A DNA stretch of 52,380 bases from Gammaproteobacteria bacterium (GTDB taxonomy: Bacteria; Pseudomonadota; Gammaproteobacteria; Eutrophobiales; Eutrophobiaceae): assembly GCA_051275005.1 (NCBI GenBank), contig JBNMOP010000003.1:1-52380 (forward strand), in the 5' to 3' direction. Positions 23,334 through 32,670 of the stretch are shown here, piece by piece. Under the pieces are notes generated by a model. It was not told where the DNA came from. It ran no database searches and worked only from the letters and a program-made list of their open reading frames with translations. How positions within the stretch are numbered: position 1 is the stretch's first letter; each line of letters begins with the position of its first letter. The position numbers were made by a program, and so were the translations under genes.

Positions 23334-24458
23334 TTATTTTATGTGATAGCGGTGTTTAACGAATGGCAAACGAACCTGGTCCAAGGTATAGGTCTTATTG
23401 CGGATATTTACCTTGTATCCATCATTATCTTTAGATGTAGTATTTACATATCCCATTGCTATGGGTCCACCTATAGTCTGCCCGTATCCACCGCTACTAA
23501 TTATACCCACTTTTTCGCCGTCACTATCAAATATCATTGATCCTTCTCTAACCAGTATTTTTCCTTCCGGTTTGAATCCTCGACGAATTCTAGAGGGGCC
23601 TTCTGAGATTTGCTGTAGAATATTTTTAGCACCAGGAAAGTTAGCGCGAACAGGATTATCAGAACGATATTTTTTAGCGATTATCCAAATTAGATCTGCT
23701 TCTACAGGTGATATAGATTCGTTTAAATCGTGCCCATATAGACAAAGTCCTGCCTCAAGACGCAAGGAATCTCTTGCACCAAGTCCTGCAGGCATTAGCC
23801 GTTTGTCAGTTAGTAGAATTCTTGCCAATTCCTCAGCTTTTTCTGCTGATACAGAAATTTCAAAACCATCTTCACCGGTATAACCACAACGGTGAATTAA
23901 ACAATCAATCCCAGATAGTCTAAATTGACCTACAGCCAGAAAGGGTAAATCGTCAATTGCAGCCAGATAGGCTGACAGAATTGATACAGCTAATGGTCCT
24001 TGTATCGCTAATAATGCCTTATCTTCCAACATGGAAATATTATTTTTATTGCCTAATGTTGATTGTAAATATTTATAATCATCAAGTTTACCTGCTGCAT
24101 TTACCACTAAAAAAAAACTATCCGGCAATCTGGTTATCATTAAATCATCGATTATGCCGCCAGATTCATTGGTAAATACGGTATATCTTTGGCGGAAGGG
24201 TGGTAAACTTTGAATATCACCTGGTACTAATTTTTCTAGACTAATATCTATATTTTCCCCAGTAATACTTATCTGTCCCATATGAGAAATATCAAAGATA
24301 CTTGCTTTATTTCGCGTATGTTCATGTTCTGCTCGAATGCCGGTGGGATATTGTACTGGCATCTCATATCCAGCAAATGCCACCATTCTTGCATCTAATT
24401 CTTTATGCAATGAATATAACGGAGTCCTATTATCTTCCGCTCTTTGAACCTGGTTCAT
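23334..24458 (-). CDS. gcvT: Glycine cleavage system aminomethyltransferase T
   Basis: FAGYEMPVQY, FDISHMGQ, GYTGEDGFEI, GLGARDSLRLEAGLCLYG. Confidence 0.97.
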   Translation of the reverse strand: MNQVQRAEDNRTPLYSLHKELDARMVAFAGYEMPVQYPTGIRAEHEHTRNKASIFDISHMGQISITGENIDISLEKLVPGDIQSLPPFRQRYTVFTNESGGIIDDLMITRLPDSFFLVVNAAGKLDDYKYLQSTLGNKNNISMLEDKALLAIQGPLAVSILSAYLAAIDDLPFLAVGQFRLSGIDCLIHRCGYTGEDGFEISVSAEKAEELARILLTDKRLMPAGLGARDSLRLEAGLCLYGHDLNESISPVEADLIWIIAKKYRSDNPVRANFPGAKNILQQISEGPSRIRRGFKPEGKILVREGSMIFDSDGEKVGIISSGGYGQTIGGPIAMGYVNTTSKDNDGYKVNIRNKTYTLDQVRLPFVKHRYHIK

Positions 24459-24559
24459 TACTTTCTTGCCCCTTTTATTTCTGCTAAGTTACATATTCAT
24501 TTAAAGACAAAACCAGTGATTGTATTCTTCATCAACAGTCTGATTTTTAGGATAAACAA

Positions 24560-25945
24560 ATGACTCAAAAATTACGTATATTGGATTTACTCAACGCAGA
24601 TTATAGCATGCCTGTCATCAAAATTGAGGGATGGGTACGAACTCGCAGAGATTCAAAGGACTTTTCATTTATTGAACTAAATGATGGATCGTGCCTGGCG
24701 AATATACAGGTGATAGCCGACACTGGAATTACAGGTTATGAAAATATACATGAATTCTCAACAGGAAGTTCAATTTCCGTTAAAGGAGAATTAGTTGAAT
24801 CACCTGGAAAAGGACAGAGATGGGAAATAAAAGCACTTGAAATTTCAATTATAGGTTCCGCACCGGATGATTTTCCATTACAAAAAAAGCGTCATTCAGA
24901 TGAGTTTCTACGTAGTATCGCTCATCTGCGCCCAAGGACAAATAAGTATGGAGCAATGTTTCGGATACGGTCCGAAATTTCCATGGCAGTGCATAAATTT
25001 TTTGAGAAAAAAGGTTTTTTCTGGATACATACTCCCATTATTACTGGTTCAGATTGTGAAGGTGCAGGGAATATGTTCCATGTTACAAATCTGGATCTTG
25101 CTAATATTCCAAAGAAAAATGGACAAGTGAATTATAGTGAAGATTTTTTCGGTAAAGAGGCCAATCTTACTGTTTCAGGTCAGCTTTCTCTAGAGGCCTA
25201 TTGTTTAAGTCTTGGAAAGGTTTATACATTTGGTCCAACTTTCCGTTCTGAAAATTCCAATACCAGCCGTCATATTTCTGAATTCTGGATGATAGAGCCT
25301 GAAGTGGCTTTTGCAGATATAGAAGATAATATGCGACTTGGAGAGGAATTGATTCAGTATTTAGTCAATTACGTATTAAACCATTGCATAGATGACATAG
25401 AATTATTTACAAAATTTATAGATAAAACCTTATTTTCAAGACTAGAAAATATTGAGAAAACTGAATTCATAAGACTCTCATATACAGAAGCTATCAATAT
25501 CCTCGAAAAATCTTCGCAAACGTTTGAATATGAACCTGCATGGGGCAAGGATCTACAATCAGAACACGAACGTTACCTTACAGAACATCATTTTAAACAG
25601 CCTGTTATTGTCATAGATTATCCTAAAGAAATAAAAGCATTCTATATGCGGCAAAATGATGACGAGAAAACAGTCGCTGCAATGGATATACTTGTCCCTC
25701 AGATAGGTGAAATTATTGGCGGAAGTCAAAGGGAAGAACGGTACGATAAACTCATTTTACGTTTAAATGAAATGAACTTAAACGCGAAAGATTATTGGTG
25801 GTATTTGGACACTAGAAAATATGGTAGCGCGAAACATTCCGGCTTTGGGCTCGGTCTAGAACGATTCTTAATGCTGGTAACGGGCGCAACCAATATTCGT
25901 GACGTAATTCCCTTCCCGAGAACCCCAAAACATCTGGAATTTTAA
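24560..25945 (+). CDS. asnS: Asparagine--tRNA ligase
   Basis: [64 protein letters not shown]. Confidence 0.97.
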   Translation: MTQKLRILDLLNADYSMPVIKIEGWVRTRRDSKDFSFIELNDGSCLANIQVIADTGITGYENIHEFSTGSSISVKGELVESPGKGQRWEIKALEISIIGSAPDDFPLQKKRHSDEFLRSIAHLRPRTNKYGAMFRIRSEISMAVHKFFEKKGFFWIHTPIITGSDCEGAGNMFHVTNLDLANIPKKNGQVNYSEDFFGKEANLTVSGQLSLEAYCLSLGKVYTFGPTFRSENSNTSRHISEFWMIEPEVAFADIEDNMRLGEELIQYLVNYVLNHCIDDIELFTKFIDKTLFSRLENIEKTEFIRLSYTEAINILEKSSQTFEYEPAWGKDLQSEHERYLTEHHFKQPVIVIDYPKEIKAFYMRQNDDEKTVAAMDILVPQIGEIIGGSQREERYDKLILRLNEMNLNAKDYWWYLDTRKYGSAKHSGFGLGLERFLMLVTGATNIRDVIPFPRTPKHLEF

Positions 25946-25958
25946 TATAACGCTAAAC

Positions 25959-27644
25959 ATGAAAGCATTAACTTACTTGACCAGGCTCGAAAAGCTAAAG
26001 ACAGCATTTGGAATCAATCAAGAAATCAGCAAAGGCAAACTATTAAAAAAACTTCAAAACAGGCGTTTAACCAGCGTTAGTCAAGTAATTCGTTTGCATG
26101 ATGTCTTGTGCTTCATGTATGCATATCCTGATAGCAATGAAAGTTTTCTGACGACAAAATCAATGCTTGATTCATTTTCTAAACGTTCTGATCTTATTGC
26201 ATTTAAAAATAAACTAATAAATTCCGGCATTGCAGGAACAGACATTCATTATCAATTTTTCTGGCCAATGGCTTGCTGGATTGCAGATAACTGGCCTGAG
26301 TTTTTCTATATTTTATGGGACGATATTGAGAACGAAGAAAAATTGTTGAAAATAATTCCATTCATGGTGACTTCATCTGAATCAGGAATTTTTGATGAAT
26401 ATGATTTTGATGCAAAAGAATGGTTAAATAGATTAAAAAATATAAAGGAAACAGAGGCGGAGTTTTTTGTATTACGATTAAAACAAACTTATGCTACTGA
26501 TCTTGAGCGTGAGGCTTTCCATGACGATCTTAATCTGAACTATACGCTGCAATCTTCTCAAACCACTCCTAATATTAGTAACTCAGTCTTTAGTAAAAGT
26601 CGAATAACATTCCATAAAAACGCATTAAACACTAAACGTCCAGCGTTAAAATCTGCTATTAAAAATACTGATTTTAAAGTTAAAACACCGTCTACAAAGG
26701 ATTGTAATTTACTAGTTAGTCTCGCACGTAAAACAATGCTGACTCACGAACGTGATCTCGATTCATTCTCATACGGCAATGCTCGAGATATAAAACTAAT
26801 TGATTTTGATGATGGTTACCAGATTGCATGTATAGGAATGATACCTGAGAGAAGATACCTGCTACACACTACTTATGGTTTTCTAAATATGAAAAATGGT
26901 CTACCTATCGGTTATTTTCAAATTAGCAGCATATTTAACTATGCGGAAGTTGCGTTTAATTTATTTTCACCATTTAGAGGGGCTGAAGCATCACTAATAT
27001 TTACGAGAAACATGTCTGTTGCACATAAAATATTTGACGTAAATTCATTCGTATTAGACCCTTACCAATTAGGTCACGATAATCCAGACGGACTAAAATC
27101 CGGAGTCTGGTGGTTTTATAATAAGCTCGGATTTAAACCGATGAAAGTAAGGATTCAGAAAATTCTTCGGCAAGAATTACAAAAAATGAAAAAAAATAGC
27201 AGCTACCGATCAAACTTAACTATTTTGAACGATCTAGCTTCAGATAATATGTTCTACAATCTAAATGACAATGAAAAAGACTATCATGTTCTCGGGAACA
27301 TTGGTTATGTCTCTATAGCAATATCCCAACACCTTGCATCTAGATATGGAGCGCGTCGCGAATTCGGATTAAATATATGCTTGAAAGATACCCTTGCTAT
27401 AACTGGCACAAAAAATAAATATAATGCAATGATTCAATCTGAAAAAATTGCATGGCAACGTTGGTCTCCTTTAGTCAGCAGTTTAGGCAAAATAAACAAG
27501 TGGACTACCAAGGAAAGAAAACAATTAGGTGAAATAATTAGCGCTAAAGGGCAAGACGATGAACTTGTTTATTTAAAAAAAATAAATAACCATAGAAAAC
27601 TTAAGAATAAAATCCTGTCAACAGCAAACAAACATACTTCTTAA
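25959..27644 (+). CDS. Hypothetical 561-aa protein with a probable cryptic GNAT acyltransferase domain
   Basis: Long ORF starting 13 nt after asnS. NGLPIGY...EVAFNLFSPFRGAEAS resembles GNAT beta3-beta4/motif A; N...GVWWFYNKLGFKP resembles motif B. Confidence 0.6.
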   Translation: MKALTYLTRLEKLKTAFGINQEISKGKLLKKLQNRRLTSVSQVIRLHDVLCFMYAYPDSNESFLTTKSMLDSFSKRSDLIAFKNKLINSGIAGTDIHYQFFWPMACWIADNWPEFFYILWDDIENEEKLLKIIPFMVTSSESGIFDEYDFDAKEWLNRLKNIKETEAEFFVLRLKQTYATDLEREAFHDDLNLNYTLQSSQTTPNISNSVFSKSRITFHKNALNTKRPALKSAIKNTDFKVKTPSTKDCNLLVSLARKTMLTHERDLDSFSYGNARDIKLIDFDDGYQIACIGMIPERRYLLHTTYGFLNMKNGLPIGYFQISSIFNYAEVAFNLFSPFRGAEASLIFTRNMSVAHKIFDVNSFVLDPYQLGHDNPDGLKSGVWWFYNKLGFKPMKVRIQKILRQELQKMKKNSSYRSNLTILNDLASDNMFYNLNDNEKDYHVLGNIGYVSIAISQHLASRYGARREFGLNICLKDTLAITGTKNKYNAMIQSEKIAWQRWSPLVSSLGKINKWTTKERKQLGEIISAKGQDDELVYLKKINNHRKLKNKILSTANKHTS

Positions 27645-27647
27645 TAG

Positions 27648-28676
27648 TCATATCCTTGAAGTTTCTGGGATGTATTTAAGCCCATTGTTGATAATTTTTT
27701 GTAAAAGCTGCTCGTAACTAATGTTAGCTAATTCAGCTGATGTTGATAACTCTTCTTGAAACCCAATATCGGGATTTGCATTCGCTTCTAATACATAAAT
27801 TTTGTTGTCTTCTGTCAAACGAAGATCGATTCGAACATATCCACTTATTCCAAGGATTTTATATATGCGTTTACCTAGTGCGTGTAATCTTTTAATTAAT
27901 TTTTCATCAAGGTTTTTAGCAGCGACTAGATTTATCTTGTGAACTTTTTGATATTGCCAATCCCACTTTACTTTAGAAGTTGCAATATTATGTGCATCAC
28001 TTGGCATGTCTCCAAATTCCAATTCCAACAAAGGTAATGTTTGCAGTCTGCTATTACCGACTATAGATATATATATTTCTCTACCCTCTATAAATTCTTC
28101 GGTAAGAACATGGGTATTTAACTTAGTATGCAAGTAATGCACCCTTTCCAGCAATTTCTCCTTTGTATTAACAACTGAAGCCTGTGATAGACCATAAGAC
28201 CCCTCTTCCACCAATGATTTTACAATTAATGGAAATCGTAATGATTTCGGGATCCTTACTTTAGTGTCGAGTGGAAAAACACAAAAACGAGGAGTATTTA
28301 TTCTATGAAACGTAAAAAGTTTTTTGCTAAGGGCCTTGTCATGCGCAATCATTAAGCCTCGAGGGTTGCAACCTGTATAGGGTAGTTTCATTAGTTCCAG
28401 ATAACTCGCAACATGGTAGTCATATAAGGAGTTACCGTGGAATTCCTCAAGAAGGTTAAAAGCAATATCCGGTTTATATTCATTAATTGCCCTCCTTATA
28501 ACACCTAAATCATCAAATACTCCTACAGGTATTACCTCGTGACCCATACGTTTTAAAGTTGAAACCACATCAAATTCAGTTTTCCATTCGACTATTTCTT
28601 TATCTGAATGACCCTTCTTGGATTCTGGAGGCACAAGATCTTCATGCATTAACACGAGTATTTTGAGATTATTCAT
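27648..28676 (-). CDS. ATP-grasp ligase, D-Ala-D-Ala-ligase-like but non-canonical
   Basis: LPYTG, DKALSK, FPLIVK...GSYG, EEFIEGRE, GYVRIDLR, VLEANANP; lacks the Ddl GGxSxE and HGxxGEDG motifs. Confidence 0.85.
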   Translation of the reverse strand: MNNLKILVLMHEDLVPPESKKGHSDKEIVEWKTEFDVVSTLKRMGHEVIPVGVFDDLGVIRRAINEYKPDIAFNLLEEFHGNSLYDYHVASYLELMKLPYTGCNPRGLMIAHDKALSKKLFTFHRINTPRFCVFPLDTKVRIPKSLRFPLIVKSLVEEGSYGLSQASVVNTKEKLLERVHYLHTKLNTHVLTEEFIEGREIYISIVGNSRLQTLPLLELEFGDMPSDAHNIATSKVKWDWQYQKVHKINLVAAKNLDEKLIKRLHALGKRIYKILGISGYVRIDLRLTEDNKIYVLEANANPDIGFQEELSTSAELANISYEQLLQKIINNGLKYIPETSRI

Positions 28677-29707
28677 ATAGCTATCCTATGACTTATTCGT
28701 TGCCTAAAATTTTGTGTTTGCATGACGATATATATCGCTACATCTATTTTCGCGTCCTCATTAGTCTTATATAGAGAAAGTTTTAATTCTCTACACCTCA
28801 CTATCATATCTTGCAATATTTGTGCGATATCATATGGGTACATGCCGGCACCTCGTGAGCAAATTTCACATAACTCCGAATGATATTTTTTTAAAAAAAT
28901 TGCTGCGGATCCTCGTCTTTTAGTATCATCGTTAAATCTTTTAAATAGACGAATTAATTCACTGTCATATACATGAGGAAGATTCACGCCATAGTGACTT
29001 CTTTTTTGTTGATAGTGTTCTCGTAAGCTTTTATTAATTTTTGAGATTGGATCGACATAACTACGGTTACTATTGATTGGCTTTTTATATTGAATATCTG
29101 CCATTATTTCTTCCACATATACAAGCTTTTTTATGACGGTCCAATCTTCATATTCTTTTCTCCATTGCGATCGTGGTTTTAGCCAAACTGCAAATGTTTC
29201 TGCAAAATCTTCTGCAGGATGACTTTGCGCATACCACCAATCAAGATGCATGACATAATTTTTACTTTTAGGATTTGGCCTATAATACTTTGGATATGGT
29301 TTGTTAAATCTACCAAACAATTGCTTGAATTTTTTGCGTCGGTATAACTGATATGCAGTGCAAATAGCATGCCCCGCTTCATGTCTTAAATATTGCATAC
29401 ATGCTCTATCAGTTCCTCCTTCAACTGCATAAACCTGTTGGGCCTCTAATTTGGTCAGTTTTAGATGCGATAGATAAAAGGGAATGGCAATGCCGGGAAC
29501 AGCATCTGGTGAAAACCATTCGTCCGATAACCAGCAATGCGGTTTAAAATTTATATTACGTTGATCTAACTCATCATGTAACTGCCCAACAAAATATTCC
29601 AATGATGAATCTGCAATATTTATTTTTAAATCTTTAAATCGTAAATCTAATAATTCATCAATACTATAATTTATCCAGAATGGTATCTTTCTTCGCTTTC
29701 TTGCCAT
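28673..29707 (-). CDS. Putative zinc-binding metallopeptidase (zincin)
   Basis: HEAGH zinc motif plus YAQSHPAEDFAETFAVWL; 4-nt overlap with the ATP-grasp gene. Confidence 0.82.
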   Translation of the reverse strand: MARKRRKIPFWINYSIDELLDLRFKDLKINIADSSLEYFVGQLHDELDQRNINFKPHCWLSDEWFSPDAVPGIAIPFYLSHLKLTKLEAQQVYAVEGGTDRACMQYLRHEAGHAICTAYQLYRRKKFKQLFGRFNKPYPKYYRPNPKSKNYVMHLDWWYAQSHPAEDFAETFAVWLKPRSQWRKEYEDWTVIKKLVYVEEIMADIQYKKPINSNRSYVDPISKINKSLREHYQQKRSHYGVNLPHVYDSELIRLFKRFNDDTKRRGSAAIFLKKYHSELCEICSRGAGMYPYDIAQILQDMIVRCRELKLSLYKTNEDAKIDVAIYIVMQTQNFRQRISHRIAI

Positions 29708-29838
29708 CTGATAAGTTTATCTTAGCTTCAGTTAATTGCCAGCTTGATATAGTTACGCATAATATATAAATATTTTTGTCACGCCAGGATGTAAAATACA
29801 GTATATGCATTACAGCAAACTTATAACTATTTCAATTT

Positions 29839-30684
29839 ATGCTTAAAATTAGTGTAATTATCCCAACGTACAATCGTTTAGAGTCTCTATTAAGGGCGCT
29901 GGAATCAGTTCAAAGTCAATCATATCAAGCTACTGAAATTATTGTTATTGATGATGGCTCAACTGATCAAACTGCTGAACATATAAAACGTAATTTTTCT
30001 AATGTAAAATACATATATCAGTCCAACGCAGGTGTTAGTACTGCCAGAAATGCCGGAATTGAACATTCTTCTGGAGATTGGCTGGCATTTTTGGATAGTG
30101 ATGATAAATGGCACAAAGATAAATTAATGCATCAATCAACGCTTTTAGCAAATAATCCAGAATATTTAATTATACATTCAGATGAGATATGGATAAGGAA
30201 TGGAATACGTATAAATCAGAAAAAAAAGCATCAAAAAAAGTCTGGTTATATCTTTCATGATTGTTTGCGTTTATGTGTAATTTCACCATCGTCAGTAATA
30301 ATACATAATTCTATTTTTAAAGATATTGGGTTGTTTAATCAATCTTTACCGGCATGTGAAGATTATGATTTATGGCTAAGAATTTGTTATAAATATCCAG
30401 TTTTATGCGCTAACAGAAATTTGGTCTACAAATATGGTGGGCATAACGATCAACTATCTCAAAAGTATTGGGGGATGGATAGATTTAGAATCAGAGCGCT
30501 AGAAAATATTATTAAATGTGGACAGTTGCAGAATAAAGAACTCCAATTAGCAATTTTAACTATGCATGAAAAAATTAAAATTTATCAGGATGGCGCCATA
30601 AAACGCAATAATCATAAATCTGCCACTGAATTTCAACATTTACTTGAAGAATATCCAATTAAATTAATGGCAACAGAGCAATGA
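29839..30684 (+). CDS. Family 2 glycosyltransferase
   Basis: SVIIPTYNR, IDDGSTD, ARNAGI, FLDSDD, CEDYDLWLR. Confidence 0.92.
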   Translation: MLKISVIIPTYNRLESLLRALESVQSQSYQATEIIVIDDGSTDQTAEHIKRNFSNVKYIYQSNAGVSTARNAGIEHSSGDWLAFLDSDDKWHKDKLMHQSTLLANNPEYLIIHSDEIWIRNGIRINQKKKHQKKSGYIFHDCLRLCVISPSSVIIHNSIFKDIGLFNQSLPACEDYDLWLRICYKYPVLCANRNLVYKYGGHNDQLSQKYWGMDRFRIRALENIIKCGQLQNKELQLAILTMHEKIKIYQDGAIKRNNHKSATEFQHLLEEYPIKLMATEQ

Positions 30685-31511
30685 TTAATTTATTTTGCGC
30701 ATTACCATGCGAAGCCAAGTCGATAATTCATCATTACAAACTTAAGCATCATCCACGTTCATATCTTTACAGTACATATGTAAATAAACAACATTCAATT
30801 TCATTAACTATAACCGGTATAGGTAAACAATGTGCAACGGGAGGAGTCATTCACGCATTCATGTTTTTATCAGCCAGCAAATCTGATGGCTGGATAAACA
30901 TTGGAATTGCAGGGCACTCCACCTTGCAACCAGGCACTCCAATACTAGCAACTAAAATAATTGACGATTCAAGCGGACGATGTTGGTATCCACAAATTGT
31001 TTTCAACAATGAAATCTTGACAGAAACGATTATGACAGTAGATAAGCCTTCGTCTAACTACCAGGAAGATAATGCCATTGATATGGAAGCGTCAGCTTTC
31101 ATTGAATCTGCAAATAAAACCGGATCAATAGAGCTCTCGCATAGTTTGAAAATAATTTCAGACAACAAGAACAATTCTTATAAAAAAATCAACAAAGCAT
31201 ATGTAGATAAGTTAATAAATTCAAATCTGCCTGTTATCGATAAATTAGTTGAAGAAATTACATTACTTACCGAGATATTACAAAAACCTGATGAGATGGA
31301 TGATATGTTCAATAAAATCATTTGTATCAGGCATTTTACTCATAGTGAACAATTAATATTAAAAACATTACTGAGGAGGTGGAATATATTATTTCCAGAC
31401 TCCGTGCCAAAAATTAACATTATTGAAACGTTATTAAGCAGTAAAATTATTCTCAACTATCTCGACGATTTTCTGGATAACGCTATAATAAATTTTGAAG
31501 AAGTAAATTAA
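30681..31511 (+). CDS. Nucleoside phosphorylase / MTA-SAH nucleosidase-fold protein with C-terminal extension
   Basis: ALPCEA, TGIGK, INIGIAG, DMEASAF, KIISDN; ATGA overlap with the GT2 gene. Confidence 0.78.
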   Translation: MINLFCALPCEAKSIIHHYKLKHHPRSYLYSTYVNKQHSISLTITGIGKQCATGGVIHAFMFLSASKSDGWINIGIAGHSTLQPGTPILATKIIDDSSGRCWYPQIVFNNEILTETIMTVDKPSSNYQEDNAIDMEASAFIESANKTGSIELSHSLKIISDNKNNSYKKINKAYVDKLINSNLPVIDKLVEEITLLTEILQKPDEMDDMFNKIICIRHFTHSEQLILKTLLRRWNILFPDSVPKINIIETLLSSKIILNYLDDFLDNAIINFEEVN

Positions 31512-31515
31512 TACA

Positions 31516-32514
31516 ATGTTCAAACATATATATATAGAAGAGAAAGTCAGGTCGCACCCGAGGGCTATCAAGATTTGTGAAAACAATCCTGATGCAAAAA
31601 TTATATATTGTGATAAATATTCTGAAATATTTAATAAAAAATCACAGAATTTCCGTTTGCAAAAATTAAATCCGGCATTAATTCTTGCAAACAAAGAACA
31701 TAATTTTGTATTACCTGCTCCAGGTGAATTCAGTATTGGTGGCGATATAAATTACTATTTTTCACACATGTTAAATTGTCTGTATGACTGCCGTTACTGC
31801 TTTTTACAAGGAATGTATCGTTCTGCAAATTATGTGTTATATGTGAATTACGATGATTTCATACATGAAATTAACAATATTTCCACCAAACACCCTGATA
31901 AAGGAATACATTATTTCTCCGGATACGATTGCGATAGCCTGGTATTTGACCCCATAACAGAATTCACTAAATATTTTATTCCAGCATTTACCAATCTACC
32001 AAATTCACTACTGGAATTACGTACTAAAAGCACACAAATACGGACGTTGCTATCAATGACGCCTGTTCCTAACTGTATAATTGCTTACAGTCTTAATCCT
32101 GATAAAATTGCTAGCGCTTTGGAACACAAGGCCCCTAGTATCAAAAATCGGCTGGTGTCACTGCAAAAATTACAACGACATGGCTGGAATATCGGCTTAC
32201 GATTTGATCCGCTAATTTATGACTCAGATTATAAAAATATTTACAGCAAGTTATTTAAAGATGTTTTTCAGCTGCTTAATATTGATCTTATCCATTCAAT
32301 CAGCATAGGTACATTTCGTTTGCCTAAAACTTATTTTAAAGAATTATCAGAAAAATATCCTGAAGAAAAATTGTTTTCTTCACCCTTAAATGAAAGTCAA
32401 GATATAGTTCAATACAAGCCATCAATACGCACAAATTTGTTAGATTATTGTTACAATGAATTATTAAGCTATGCACCAGAGCATAAAATCTATCCTTGTG
32501 AACCGTTGGTATAA
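31516..32514 (+). CDS. Spore photoproduct lyase-like radical SAM protein
   Basis: NCLYDCRYCFLQ (CxxxCxxC), YVN, DSL, LELRTKS, SLNP, RFDPLI. Confidence 0.85.
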   Translation: MFKHIYIEEKVRSHPRAIKICENNPDAKIIYCDKYSEIFNKKSQNFRLQKLNPALILANKEHNFVLPAPGEFSIGGDINYYFSHMLNCLYDCRYCFLQGMYRSANYVLYVNYDDFIHEINNISTKHPDKGIHYFSGYDCDSLVFDPITEFTKYFIPAFTNLPNSLLELRTKSTQIRTLLSMTPVPNCIIAYSLNPDKIASALEHKAPSIKNRLVSLQKLQRHGWNIGLRFDPLIYDSDYKNIYSKLFKDVFQLLNIDLIHSISIGTFRLPKTYFKELSEKYPEEKLFSSPLNESQDIVQYKPSIRTNLLDYCYNELLSYAPEHKIYPCEPLV

Positions 32515-32670
32515 TGTAAAACAATTGCTCTGATAATTATTATTCATCAACTAACACGCTACACATATTCAGTTAGATTATGTCAACGTAAAACCGTTAA
32601 GTTAGAGGGTGTTACATAGCATTTAGAGTTTCTTAACAAATGATTACAATAATATTTATGGCGCAGCAAC

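Noticed and set aside
23398-23883. 161-aa ORF antisense to gcvT, and similar shadow ORFs (3394-3696, 5758-6078, 42644-42982, 46413-46793)
   Set aside because: They lie wholly opposite well-conserved genes and show no motifs.
24459-24559. Glycine riboswitch ahead of gcvT
   Set aside because: The 101-nt divergent gap lacks the GGAGA...CCGAAG...CTCAGG consensus.
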